A DNA stretch of 53,322 nucleotides, from positions 1 through 53,322 of the forward strand of contig JAJZKQ010000003.1 of the NCBI GenBank assembly GCA_021804095.1, in the 5' to 3' direction. Both the position numbers and the translations under genes were made by a program. Shown in pieces: positions 39,677 to 49,625 of the stretch. The number at the start of each line of letters is the position of its first letter. The first letter of the stretch is position 1. The notes under the pieces were generated by a model that searched no databases, was not told the origin of the DNA, and saw nothing but the letters and a program-made list of their open reading frames with translations. This DNA is from Candidatus Micrarchaeota archaeon. Lineage in GTDB: Archaea; Micrarchaeota; Micrarchaeia; Micrarchaeales; CABMGC01.

Positions 39677-42600
39677 ATGGTTTCTACAATGCTCTTTACC
39701 GACCTCCTAATCGGATTCTTATCAATAATGCTTCCAGGTTTCTTCCTGGCCTTAGGCCTCCTAAAGAAAACCAAGCTTAACCTGTTTGAGATATCGGTTA
39801 TAGGATTCATATTTGGAATGATATTTCCTCCTATGCTTACTTGGACAGAATCATACTTCAGGGACATCATACATGCATTCTCTTTTTCAGCAGGTCTCTA
39901 CAACATAAATGTAATATTGCTTACTATAATCGGAATTGCCATATCCTATCAGCAGGGTGCTCTAGACCTCTCTTTCCTTAAGAAAAAGGTCTCTTCTTCA
40001 AAATCCAATTCAAGAGTCATAACAGAAATAAATGCATCAGCAAGAGAGCGGATAACACATCTCAGAAAGCAGTTTTCTTCAGCAGAACTGGACATGACTA
40101 TGGTAAAGGCACATGAAAAAGAAGAGGAAGACCTGGTAAAAAGAAACAGTGATGAGATTGAGGCCCTAAAAAAGAAAGGCGCAGGTTCAGAAGAATTGGA
40201 ACATGTAAAAAAATCCCATATAGAGGAAGAAAACAGGCTCATAAGCGAGCATGAAAGAGAGGAAAAACATTTTCTAAGCAGTGGAAAGAGCACAGCAGAG
40301 AAAAGCTCTTCTTCAGACTCAAGGAAATGGGCTTATGTTGTATGGGGCATTCTCTTCGCGATAATGCTGATTACATTTGCTTCAAGAATAATAAATATAG
40401 GGAACTCTCCAAAATACTTCGAATTCGATCCCTATTTCGATATGTTAAGTACAAGGCAGATATTAGCCTACGGCTATCAATTCAGGCTTGACTACTCCGC
40501 ATGGCCTGTAAACAACGGCACTACAGACAGGATACAGCCATTGATTCCTTATCTGGAAGCATATTGGTATCGAATTGCAGATACGCATCCAAGTTCATCT
40601 ACAATAAGCACCAATCTTCTATCCCTCGTAAGTTCATATTATCCGCCAATAACAGCAGCGCTCCTTGTTTTCATAGTCTTCATGTTTGTCTATCATGAGT
40701 ACGGATCCCTGCCTGCACTTACTGCTGCAGCACTTGTAGCGACAATGCCTACCCTGATAACTACATTCATAGCAGGAGAGCAACTTCTTGAACCATGGGG
40801 TATCTTTGCATTATTCTTCATGGTGGCAGCATACTCTCTCGCAGTAAAAAATCCAAAAGAGAAGAGATATGCAATACTTGCCGGAATAGCATTCGCATCT
40901 AATTTCCTAGGAGCCCACTACTACAATGTAACCGCTGCAGTCCTTGCACTTTACATACTTGTACAAGGAATACTTGACACTCTGAGAAAAAAGAGCAGCA
41001 TAGACTTCTTCAAATCAAATGGGATTATGCTCCTTGTCATAATAATATTCTATGTAATATATGCTCCTTACAATGCAACCCTTACAAACAGGATCCCTAG
41101 CATACTTGGCATACCAACCATCATAGGTTTCCCACTCATAGCGTTTATAGCTGCACTGATATTCGAATATCTTCCCATGTATCTTGAAAAGTACAAACTC
41201 CTGAAAAGAACAACTGTAAACGATCTTGTAGTAAGAATAGGGCTTCTTGTCCTGATCCTGGCTCTTGCAGTGCTCAGTCCTCTCAGCAAGCCTATAACAT
41301 CTTTCTTAGCACTTGCTTCTCACTTCACAACACCTTCAACTCCCCTATTCATGACTGTACAAGAATACGTTACTACCGGAGCCGGATTCAACTTCGGATC
41401 AGCAGGATTTGGAGTTATAGGAGCAGCAATATCCGGATTTCCTATAACTGTATGGATAATTCTTGTACTATTTGGAATATTCACCATATATGATATTTTC
41501 GTAAAAGATTCAAGGTCCGCAATATTTACTTTCGTCATGGTAGCTGTGCTTACTGTGGCAGGAATGAGTGAAATAAAGTATCTTCCACACTTCGGTGTAG
41601 CTTACATAATCGCCCTTGGAATCGTTATAGGCGAACTTTACATCTTTATAAAAAAGCTTGAGCCTTCAAAGAGGCAGATCGCAACGTATGCCCTGATTGC
41701 TATCATACTAATTGCAATAATATTCGAATCAGTATCTATGCTAAGCACATTCACCGCCTATGGGAAAAGTTGCAATAATGTAACAAATGTCGTAGCCGCT
41801 ACCATGTATTGCAATACTCTTACAAACCAATGGCTAAATGCACTTTCATGGATGAAAAGCAACATAGGCCCCCACGCACCCAGAATACTCGCATGGTGGG
41901 ATTATGGAGACTGGATAAACTGGTTTGGAAATAGCAATGCCGTAATAAGAGGCGATAATGCAGTCGCAACACTTGACTACAATGTAGCAGCACACTTCGT
42001 TCTAGGCAACAAGGATGGATACAATGCTACCAGGCTTGCATCATTCATGGACAACACAGCCCAGGCAGGATATCTTTTATTTGACAATCAACTAGTGCAG
42101 AAATGGTCTGCCCTAGACTTCCTCGCCTGTGTAGACATAAACCAGACAAGCCGTGCCTATGCAATATCACAGGGAGTGCAATATAATCAGCCGTTCCTGA
42201 TAGGCACATCCCCATGCGAGACGGCTCATGATCCGGTAGACATAGCCATTCCAGAACAGCCTACTATAAACCAGTACTGCAGCTTTTCCAATACCACCAC
42301 TGCGGTTCAGGGATTAGCCCTTGTAGGAGAGACCATACCTAATGTTCTAAACTCATCGTACTGTGTCTCAACAACTCCCAACTCAAACGGAGTTCTGGAT
42401 GTATACAACGAAAACGGCACCAAGACCAATATAGTACTTTCTACTAACTATATTTTAGGAAACCTTCAGGGCCCTAACGGCCAGACGCTACTGGAATTCT
42501 TTGCAATATATCTACCAAACGGACCAAATGATACTATTACGAATGCCCCTACTGAGTTTTACAGCTCGACATACTACAAGGGCTTCTTCTTCGGGAAACT

Positions 42601-42763
42601 GCCAGGATACACTCTAGTTTATCCTGAGAACTTCTCCGGAATAAACATGGTGAACTCATCAAACCAGGTAATGATACTGAAGCTCAATAACTACACTGGA
42701 AAGCTTCCATACATACCTCCCAAGCCCAGCTGGGTTCACAACAATTACACTATACCTGGATGA
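39677..42763 (+). CDS. aglB: Oligosaccharyltransferase AglB (STT3 family) with long N-terminal extension
   Basis: EFDPYF, TVQE, WWDYG and DxxxxxK (DNQLVQK) motifs; many TM helices. Confidence 0.9.
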   Translation: MVSTMLFTDLLIGFLSIMLPGFFLALGLLKKTKLNLFEISVIGFIFGMIFPPMLTWTESYFRDIIHAFSFSAGLYNINVILLTIIGIAISYQQGALDLSFLKKKVSSSKSNSRVITEINASARERITHLRKQFSSAELDMTMVKAHEKEEEDLVKRNSDEIEALKKKGAGSEELEHVKKSHIEEENRLISEHEREEKHFLSSGKSTAEKSSSSDSRKWAYVVWGILFAIMLITFASRIINIGNSPKYFEFDPYFDMLSTRQILAYGYQFRLDYSAWPVNNGTTDRIQPLIPYLEAYWYRIADTHPSSSTISTNLLSLVSSYYPPITAALLVFIVFMFVYHEYGSLPALTAAALVATMPTLITTFIAGEQLLEPWGIFALFFMVAAYSLAVKNPKEKRYAILAGIAFASNFLGAHYYNVTAAVLALYILVQGILDTLRKKSSIDFFKSNGIMLLVIIIFYVIYAPYNATLTNRIPSILGIPTIIGFPLIAFIAALIFEYLPMYLEKYKLLKRTTVNDLVVRIGLLVLILALAVLSPLSKPITSFLALASHFTTPSTPLFMTVQEYVTTGAGFNFGSAGFGVIGAAISGFPITVWIILVLFGIFTIYDIFVKDSRSAIFTFVMVAVLTVAGMSEIKYLPHFGVAYIIALGIVIGELYIFIKKLEPSKRQIATYALIAIILIAIIFESVSMLSTFTAYGKSCNNVTNVVAATMYCNTLTNQWLNALSWMKSNIGPHAPRILAWWDYGDWINWFGNSNAVIRGDNAVATLDYNVAAHFVLGNKDGYNATRLASFMDNTAQAGYLLFDNQLVQKWSALDFLACVDINQTSRAYAISQGVQYNQPFLIGTSPCETAHDPVDIAIPEQPTINQYCSFSNTTTAVQGLALVGETIPNVLNSSYCVSTTPNSNGVLDVYNENGTKTNIVLSTNYILGNLQGPNGQTLLEFFAIYLPNGPNDTITNAPTEFYSSTYYKGFFFGKLPGYTLVYPENFSGINMVNSSNQVMILKLNNYTGKLPYIPPKPSWVHNNYTIPG

Positions 42764-42774
42764 GGGATTAGTGA

Positions 42775-43926
42775 ATGAAACTTCTCATAATACAGCCATA
42801 TGTATCCCTTAAAGGCGGTTTTGAGCGTGTAATGCTGAAGATAGCCGAACACTATTCCGCATCTATATATACTCTCGAATACAATCCAAAAACAACATTT
42901 CCAGAATTCAAAAACCTAGACATAAAGGTAATCGGAAAGGATGTGCCTTTCTCAGAAGCACTTCCATACAGGGCATCGCAAGGCCTCAGATACGGGTACA
43001 ATTTCTATAATTTAAAGATAACCGAAGATTATGATGTGCTAAATGCACATATCTCCCCAAGCGAGTGGATACGCCATAAGAACCAGAGAGTCTTATGGTA
43101 CTGCCATACTCCTCCAAGGGAGGTTTTCGACCTCTACTCTGAAAGGATGAGGTATCGGTCATACAAAGAGAAATTCCTATATTCTGCAATGACCAAAGCC
43201 TACAAGCTGATATCCCACAGGGTTATAAAAAACATAGAAGCCATAGCTGCAAATTCAACAAATACACAGGCAAGAATCCTGAAATACCTTGGAAGGGAAT
43301 CCGAAGTCATAAATCCCGGGATAGACTATGAAAAATTCAGTAATCATGGAGATGACAAGTATTTCTTCTATCCTTCAAGAATACTTACCAACAAGCGCCA
43401 AGATTATGTAATAGAAGCATTCAAGCGGTTCAACAAGTCCTCTAAAAAAAGGTACCGCCTTATAATTGCAGGTACCCTGTCTGAGAATCCAGAACACCAG
43501 GCCTATTATAAAAAGTTAATATCCCTATCCAAAGGTCTAGACATAAAGATAAAAACAAACATAACAGACAAGGAGCTTTCAGGTCTCTATTCCGAATCTT
43601 CCGCTGTGCTCTTTTCCGCAATAAACGAGGATTATGGGTACGTGCCCTTGGAAGGAATGGCAAGTTCCAAGCCTGTAATATCTGTAAATGAAGGCGGACC
43701 GAGAGAGACAATATTGGAAGGAAAAACCGGTTTTCTAGTCAATTCGCCAAAGGAGATGGCCGAAAAAATGCTTTACCTCACAGAGCATCCAGGAGAATCA
43801 ACAAAGATGGGCAGAAATGGGAGGAAGCGAGTTATAAGCAACTATTCCTGGGAAATCTTCTTTAAAAAATTTGACAATGAACTCTCAAAAGCCAGCAAGC
43901 AGCCAGAAGACAAAAAAGAGAAATGA
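42775..43926 (+). CDS. GT4 family glycosyltransferase
   Basis: GGFERV, YCHTP, ANS, NEDYGYVPLEGMA (Ex7E), GGPRETI. Confidence 0.93.
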   Translation: MKLLIIQPYVSLKGGFERVMLKIAEHYSASIYTLEYNPKTTFPEFKNLDIKVIGKDVPFSEALPYRASQGLRYGYNFYNLKITEDYDVLNAHISPSEWIRHKNQRVLWYCHTPPREVFDLYSERMRYRSYKEKFLYSAMTKAYKLISHRVIKNIEAIAANSTNTQARILKYLGRESEVINPGIDYEKFSNHGDDKYFFYPSRILTNKRQDYVIEAFKRFNKSSKKRYRLIIAGTLSENPEHQAYYKKLISLSKGLDIKIKTNITDKELSGLYSESSAVLFSAINEDYGYVPLEGMASSKPVISVNEGGPRETILEGKTGFLVNSPKEMAEKMLYLTEHPGESTKMGRNGRKRVISNYSWEIFFKKFDNELSKASKQPEDKKEK

Positions 43927-43980
43927 TGTAAAAACTGTAATGTATGCAATATTTACCCTAAAAACACATTAAATGAACGC

Positions 43981-44019
43981 AGGGGAAGCCCACGCCGTTT
44001 ACGAGTGGAAGGATGTCAA
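43981..44019 (+). mobile_element. Degenerate IS200/IS605-family (tnpB-type) right-end remnant
   Basis: GGGGAAGCCCACGCCGTTTACGAGTGGAAGGATGTCAA matches the recalled GAAGCC-hairpin-GGATGTCA layout; no transposase nearby. Confidence 0.55.
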
Positions 44020-44324
44020 GAGATTACATACTTTGATATGACCTTTGTTGCCCTCTCGAGTACTATCTTTATGTCCTTGGTTGTATTTGATCCGGTACAG
44101 ATCAGTTTACCATTTTTGAATAATATTATAACTGCCTTAGGCTCCTTTATCCTATATATTGCCCCTGGAAATTGTTCAGGCTCGTAATCGACTTCCCTGA
44201 TATTCTTCGAAAGAGAAAATAAGTCTATATTGGCATGGAGATCCGATTTTACCACTATGTTTTGTATCTTTATTTTAGGATTTATCTTAACTAAGGGCTT
44301 TCTGCCTTTTTCTTCCTTTGCCAT
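44016..44324 (-). CDS. tbp: TATA-box-binding protein-like, single repeat only (102 aa)
   Basis: IQNIVV, YEPEQFPGAIYRI.EPK...LFKNGKLICTG occurs once. Confidence 0.85.
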   Translation of the reverse strand: MAKEEKGRKPLVKINPKIKIQNIVVKSDLHANIDLFSLSKNIREVDYEPEQFPGAIYRIKEPKAVIILFKNGKLICTGSNTTKDIKIVLERATKVISKYVIS

Positions 44325-44546
44325 GGTATTCAGATATACTTATAACATGAAGCTTTTTAAAGCTATCTTGGAAAATTACTCTTCCATAAGCTCTATTTTC
44401 ATATAAAGAGCAGGCATCTATCCACCAAACCGCTTTCTCCAAAGGTATAAATATTTTGCCTGGTATAATATATTGTATTTCAGAATAGTGAGAATTGTTT
44501 TGAAAACGTCTCTATTTGTACTTAAAAAAGAAAAACAAGTGATAAT

Positions 44547-46199
44547 ATGGCAGAAAACCAACTAGGAGGGCAACAGTATTTGATATTACCTGAAGGGGCA
44601 AGCAGACTAATCGGAAAGGAAGCCCAACGTACCAACATTGCAGTAGGGTATGCAGTATCCAGCATAGTGCGAACTACTCTGGGTCCAAAGGGAATGGACA
44701 AGATGCTGGTAAGCGAATTAGGGGACATAATAATAACTAACGACGGAGCAACAATCCTGCAAGAGATGAATGTAGAGCATCCTATAGCAAAGATAATGGT
44801 TGAGATAGCCAAGACACAGGATAAGGAGGTAGGCGACGGAACAACCTCTGCAGTAATAATAGCGGGAGAGATGCTAAAGAACGCAGGAGGCCTGCTTGAC
44901 CAGGGAATACCGCCTGCAGCAATAATAAAAGGCTACGAGATGGCAAGATCCAAGGCATATGAGATATTAAACTCAATAGCCGGCAATATAAGCCTAAACG
45001 ATGAGGAAAAACTGCAAAAGATAGCAATGATCTCAATGGGCTCAAAGAACATAGGAAGCGCAGAGACAAAGCAGATGCTTGCCAAATTAGCATTGCAGGC
45101 AATAAAACAGGTATCCATAACCAACGGAGCCAAAGTAACAATAGACAGGGACTTCATAAAGCTCGAGAAGAAGGAAGGTAGCTCTATAGAAGAGACCAGC
45201 TTCATAAATGGGGTTCTTATAGACAAGGAAATAGCACATCCTGGAATGCCTAAACAGATAAAGGACGCAAAGATAGCTCTACTTGACGTTGCTCTGGAAA
45301 TAGAAAAGACAGAAACAGACGCAAGGATAGAGATAACCTCTCCAGACCAGATGCAGGCATTCCTAGCCCAGGAAGAAAAAATGCTTAAGGAGATGGCCGA
45401 AAAGATAGCAAAGAGCGGTGCAAACGTAATATTTGTCCAGAAAGGGATAGATGATGTTGCACAGCATTATCTCTCAAAGGCAGGCATAATGGCTGTCAGA
45501 AGGGCGAAGAAGAGCGACATGGAAAAGCTTGCAAAGGCAACAGGCGCAAGGCTTGTAACAAGCCTTGACGACCTCACAAAAGAGGATCTTGGATACGCAG
45601 GTCTGGTAGAAGAGAAGAAAGTCTCAGGAGAACAGATGGTATTCGTAGAGAAATGCAAAGATCCAAAGAGCGTCACCATCTTCATAAGGGGAGGCGCAAA
45701 ACAGACAGTTGACGAGGTAGAAAGGGCACTTACAGATGCTCTAGGCGCACTCGCAAGTGCAATAGAGTCAGGCAAATATGTGACTGGCGGAGGAAGCACT
45801 GAGATCGAGGTAGCCTCAAAGATAAGGGATTATGCAACTGATGTAGGTGGCAGGGAGCAGCTTGCCATACAGGCATTTGCAGACGCATTGGAGGTTATAC
45901 CTAAGACTCTTGCAGACAGCGCAGGAATGGATGCCATAGATACTCTAGTAAATCTAAGGACTAAGCATAAAACCGATGCCGGTAAAGTCTATGGAATAGA
46001 TGTATACACCAACTCCATAGCCGACATGGAAAAGCCAGGAGTAATAGAGCCTCTAAAGGTAAAGCTCCAGGCTCTTTCAAGCGCCACAGAAGCCACAGCC
46101 GCAATCCTAAGGATAGATGATATGATAAGTTCCAAAGGAAGATCGGGAGGCGGAGGAGGAGCAGGAATGCCTCCAGGAATGGGCGGAATGCCTGAATAA
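44547..46199 (+). CDS. ths: Thermosome (group II chaperonin) subunit
   Basis: TLGPKGMDKM, TNDGATIL, GDGTTS, GGG..E, LRIDD, GGM tail. Confidence 0.98.
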   Translation: MAENQLGGQQYLILPEGASRLIGKEAQRTNIAVGYAVSSIVRTTLGPKGMDKMLVSELGDIIITNDGATILQEMNVEHPIAKIMVEIAKTQDKEVGDGTTSAVIIAGEMLKNAGGLLDQGIPPAAIIKGYEMARSKAYEILNSIAGNISLNDEEKLQKIAMISMGSKNIGSAETKQMLAKLALQAIKQVSITNGAKVTIDRDFIKLEKKEGSSIEETSFINGVLIDKEIAHPGMPKQIKDAKIALLDVALEIEKTETDARIEITSPDQMQAFLAQEEKMLKEMAEKIAKSGANVIFVQKGIDDVAQHYLSKAGIMAVRRAKKSDMEKLAKATGARLVTSLDDLTKEDLGYAGLVEEKKVSGEQMVFVEKCKDPKSVTIFIRGGAKQTVDEVERALTDALGALASAIESGKYVTGGGSTEIEVASKIRDYATDVGGREQLAIQAFADALEVIPKTLADSAGMDAIDTLVNLRTKHKTDAGKVYGIDVYTNSIADMEKPGVIEPLKVKLQALSSATEATAAILRIDDMISSKGRSGGGGGAGMPPGMGGMPE

Positions 46200-46210
46200 T
46201 GAAAAACTAA

Positions 46211-46270
46211 AACAGGGCCGATGAAATCTGAACAAAAAACAGAAAAGGCCCTGTTATTTTTATTTTTTTT
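46211..46270 (+). terminator. Hairpin plus T-rich tract after the thermosome gene
   Basis: AACAGGGCC (46211-46219) / GGCCCTGTT (46247-46255) followed by a long T tract. Confidence 0.65.
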
Positions 46271-46374
46271 ATTTCCATCTATTTCTATGAAATAATAATC
46301 TTTCAAATAGCGGATTAATGTTCTGGAGAAACATTGGCTGGAATCCCGATCTCTAATCTTAAATAACTAGTCCA

Positions 46375-47328
46375 CTAAGCTGAAGCACAACCTGGACGAT
46401 TAAATCTACCAATAACAATGCCACTATTTGCATCTACGTATATGCCTCTTTCAAAATTAGGATTGAGACAATTTCCCATATTTTTACCTTCAATATACAC
46501 CGCCCAGACAAATATCAAAGGCGAAATATCTGTATAGTTATTATCTGTTTTAACAACATAGCTTAATGGCTCTAAATATGTATGATTCATATCTGATTCA
46601 ATCCCAAATCTTTTAGCTACTCCGATAGCATAACTCGGCGAGACTGAAATATAATATGGCTGCATTGGACCATCATACAACTCCCCAGAATTATTTGTAT
46701 CAAGTATTACCGAACCATTATTATAAACTGGCACAGCTATTGAGTCTTCTATGGTGTTGTTAACTATAACTATTCCAGAGTTCTGCACTATAGTATTACT
46801 CATAATGAGGTAATTTGCAATAGGTATATTATATGAAAAATAAACTATACTGACATTCGGATTAAACATAACAACTTCAGGCAGAGGATTTACATACATA
46901 TCATAATAATGCTGTCCTAGTCTATTTTCAAGAAAATCCGATGCGGCGCCTATCGCATTAGAAGCTATACTGGATTTAACGTCATTAGTGTTAATTGTTG
47001 CATTGTTTTGATTCAGCATCGGCAAAAAGTAAGATACTGGATAAAATCCATAATTTGTTGTATACCATCCGGTCTGCACCGATCCATAGCTGATTTTAGG
47101 CAACAGATAATAAATTGATAAGAGATTGCCAATGTCTGCAACTATAAAATTAGCTCCCTGAACCTGTACGGATACCAACCGGTATATCTGATTCGGAGAG
47201 ATCTGATTTAATTCAGAATTACGTATAATTCCAGGAATTACTACTAAAAATGCAAGCAGTACTATAAGTACTATAACTATTCCTATAATAGCAGATATGA
47301 CAAATACGATCCTCTTCCTACTATACAT
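46375..47328 (-). CDS. Membrane-anchored exported hypothetical protein with PepSY-like C-terminus
   Basis: N-terminal TM, N/Y/S-rich, several N-x-S/T sequons, C-terminal IYVDANSGIV. Confidence 0.7.
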   Translation of the reverse strand: MYSRKRIVFVISAIIGIVIVLIVLLAFLVVIPGIIRNSELNQISPNQIYRLVSVQVQGANFIVADIGNLLSIYYLLPKISYGSVQTGWYTTNYGFYPVSYFLPMLNQNNATINTNDVKSSIASNAIGAASDFLENRLGQHYYDMYVNPLPEVVMFNPNVSIVYFSYNIPIANYLIMSNTIVQNSGIVIVNNTIEDSIAVPVYNNGSVILDTNNSGELYDGPMQPYYISVSPSYAIGVAKRFGIESDMNHTYLEPLSYVVKTDNNYTDISPLIFVWAVYIEGKNMGNCLNPNFERGIYVDANSGIVIGRFNRPGCASA

Positions 47329-47655
47329 AAATTGATTTATACAAAACTATCTAAAAACATTCCGATGTCAAGCTCCGTATTTTATATTGGAGTAGTTCTT
47401 GCAGAAAATGAACCTTTTTCATTCATATTGCCTTTCTTATGTCTCTTTTAAGCATTACCGGATACGGCCTAAGTAATTTATCACCCCAAGATCCATTTGT
47501 GTTTCCTGGAAGGCGCAGTGTGCAATCACCTCGCTCCATTAGTGAACCTCAAGCCAGGACATACACCAAACCCAACGCAGACAAAAAGCTATATATCTTG
47601 AATACCATTATGTATTGCTGTTGAATAATCTTCATTATAAATACTGCGTGTTTTT

Positions 47656-48222
47656 ATGGCTAAAATAATAGTAACCGGCACCCCAGGCTCTGGAAAGTCA
47701 ACCATACTAAATAACATAAAAATTATCAGGATAATAAGCCTTGCAGACGAAATGCTCAAACGATCCTCAATAAACGGCGTAGTCGACAGAGACAAGCTAA
47801 GGTATATGTCCTATGACGAGATCGCTTCTATAAGGAAGGATGTTATCCTCAACACAATAAACAAGATAGATGGAGACCTTATAATAGATACACACCTGAC
47901 TGTCAAGAAGAAGACACGATATGTGCCTGGCTTCTCCAAATTCGATCTCGATTCCTTCAAAGAGCTAAAAGGCATAATATATATAGATGCTCACGCAAAC
48001 GATATAATGTTCAGAAGGCTTATCGACAAAACAAGATCAAGGGAGGACGAGCCAGAAGAAGAGATACACGAACAGCGGCGTATAAATATCTCAATGGCAT
48101 CATATTATGCAGCACATCTAAACCTGCCTTTATATATAGTAAAAAACAGGCAGAATCAAGTGGAACGCGCTGTCAGTGACATGGAAGAAGCAATAAATGA
48201 GATACTTGGAAAGAGTGTTTAA
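47656..48222 (+). CDS. adkA: Archaeal adenylate kinase
   Basis: VTGTPGSGKST, DRDKLR, IIDTH, PG, RR..DKTRSR; precedes the EMC3 gene. Confidence 0.9.
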   Translation: MAKIIVTGTPGSGKSTILNNIKIIRIISLADEMLKRSSINGVVDRDKLRYMSYDEIASIRKDVILNTINKIDGDLIIDTHLTVKKKTRYVPGFSKFDLDSFKELKGIIYIDAHANDIMFRRLIDKTRSREDEPEEEIHEQRRINISMASYYAAHLNLPLYIVKNRQNQVERAVSDMEEAINEILGKSV

Positions 48223-48723
48223 ATGATACCCCTTCAGGCAGAAATAATACTAGTTGCAGCAGCTTACTCAATACTACTCATAGCACTACAAAGAGTAATC
48301 ATCGATGTAGACCGAATGTATGAACTGCGCGCACATATGAACACACATCAGAAACACCTGATGGAGCTCACAAAAAGAAATGCGACAAAGGAAGAAATTG
48401 CAGAAAAGCAGAAGGCGCTGATGGCTGTCAGTTCCGAGAGCATGAAGATGCAGATGAAGCCAATGATAGTAACCCTTCCATTATATGCTGTACTATATTA
48501 TCTAGTATTGCCACGCTACTTCAGCAATGTGCCAAACTTCCATATATTCTCATTCACTCTGAATTATGGGCTAGCATTTATAGTCTTTTCACTTATATTG
48601 ACTATGGTGCTCCAACAACTTATCGCATATTATGACCGAAGACGCCTAAAAGACAAGTACAATTTCGGCATAATGCAATCATCATTCAAAGAAGAGCCAA
48701 ATAATAATAACAATAATAATTAA
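48223..48723 (+). CDS. EMC3/TMCO1 (DUF106, Oxa1 superfamily) membrane protein
   Basis: TM-coiled coil-MKMQMKPM-TM layout; conserved adk-DUF106-rpl34e order. Confidence 0.85.
   Translation: MIPLQAEIILVAAAYSILLIALQRVIIDVDRMYELRAHMNTHQKHLMELTKRNATKEEIAEKQKALMAVSSESMKMQMKPMIVTLPLYAVLYYLVLPRYFSNVPNFHIFSFTLNYGLAFIVFSLILTMVLQQLIAYYDRRRLKDKYNFGIMQSSFKEEPNNNNNNN
48700..48720 (+). repeat. (AAT/AAC)7 microsatellite encoding a poly-Asn C-terminus
   Basis: AATAATAATAACAATAATAAT directly before the stop. Confidence 0.8.
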
Positions 48724-48740
48724 ACTTAAAGGTGTTAAAT

Positions 48741-49067
48741 TTGCCAAAACCTATGCATAGATCAAGAAGTATGAGAAGGCTGGACAGGGTAACTCCATCC
48801 GGAAAGCACGTTGTGCATTACGTAAGAAGGAAGAACTCAATGCCTCACTGCAGCATATGTAAAAATGAGCTTAGCGGAATATCAATCCAGAAGAATGCCA
48901 AAGGAAAGAGCCTAAAAACTAATTCCAGAATATTTGGAGGAGTACTATGTGGGAAGTGCGCTTCAGAAGTAGTCAAATATGCAAGCAGAATTGAGCATGG
49001 AGAGATGAAGATGAGCGATGTCAGCGTAAAGCAGAGAGCATACATCCTTCAGATGGTATCTCATTAA
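48741..49067 (+). CDS. rpl34e: 50S ribosomal protein L34e
   Basis: PKPMHRSRS, TPSG...HY, CSIC...R.FGGVLCGKC; TTG start with GGTG RBS. Confidence 0.93.
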   Translation: MPKPMHRSRSMRRLDRVTPSGKHVVHYVRRKNSMPHCSICKNELSGISIQKNAKGKSLKTNSRIFGGVLCGKCASEVVKYASRIEHGEMKMSDVSVKQRAYILQMVSH

Positions 49068-49226
49068 AGGCAATTTTTAAGCCCTTTCCACTGCAAATTA
49101 GCTACATAAGCGCATCAAGGAGATTGCTTACGATACAAAGCGACATCTTCGCAGTTCAAGTACAGTAACAAAGAAAGCCTGAAAGCAAGAGCAAGCCTAG
49201 AGCCTTCCGAATTAATACCTGTTTTC

Positions 49227-49625
49227 TTATTCTTTCTTCTGATTCTTCCTCTTCCCAGTATCTTTATCCTTCTGGTTAATCTTTAACTCAGGCATATAAC
49301 TCAGGAAGGAAAGAAGGTACAATGCACCGACTATGATTATCCCGGTTATAATGGCCAATACCTTATTCTGTGCAACTATTATTCCAAAAACAGCAAACAA
49401 CACTCCCAGTATGATATAAGTCCTCTGCCTTGATTTGTATTTCTTAAAATATTTTTTATAATTATCATAGCAGTCATTGCATATTACTACCTTGTTCTCT
49501 GAAAGCGGTTTCTTAAGAATATCATGCTTGAACCACCTTATACTGCGTATCACATCATCTTCTTCTATCTCTATGCCTCTCTTCTCCTTCCCGCACAGCA
49601 TACAGTAGTAAACCTTCTTCTCCAT
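49227..49625 (-). CDS. Hypothetical protein with CxxC/CxxC zinc site and two TM helices
   Basis: CMLCG, CNDC, two hydrophobic helices; abuts upstream gene. Confidence 0.75.
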   Translation of the reverse strand: MEKKVYYCMLCGKEKRGIEIEEDDVIRSIRWFKHDILKKPLSENKVVICNDCYDNYKKYFKKYKSRQRTYIILGVLFAVFGIIVAQNKVLAIITGIIIVGALYLLSFLSYMPELKINQKDKDTGKRKNQKKE

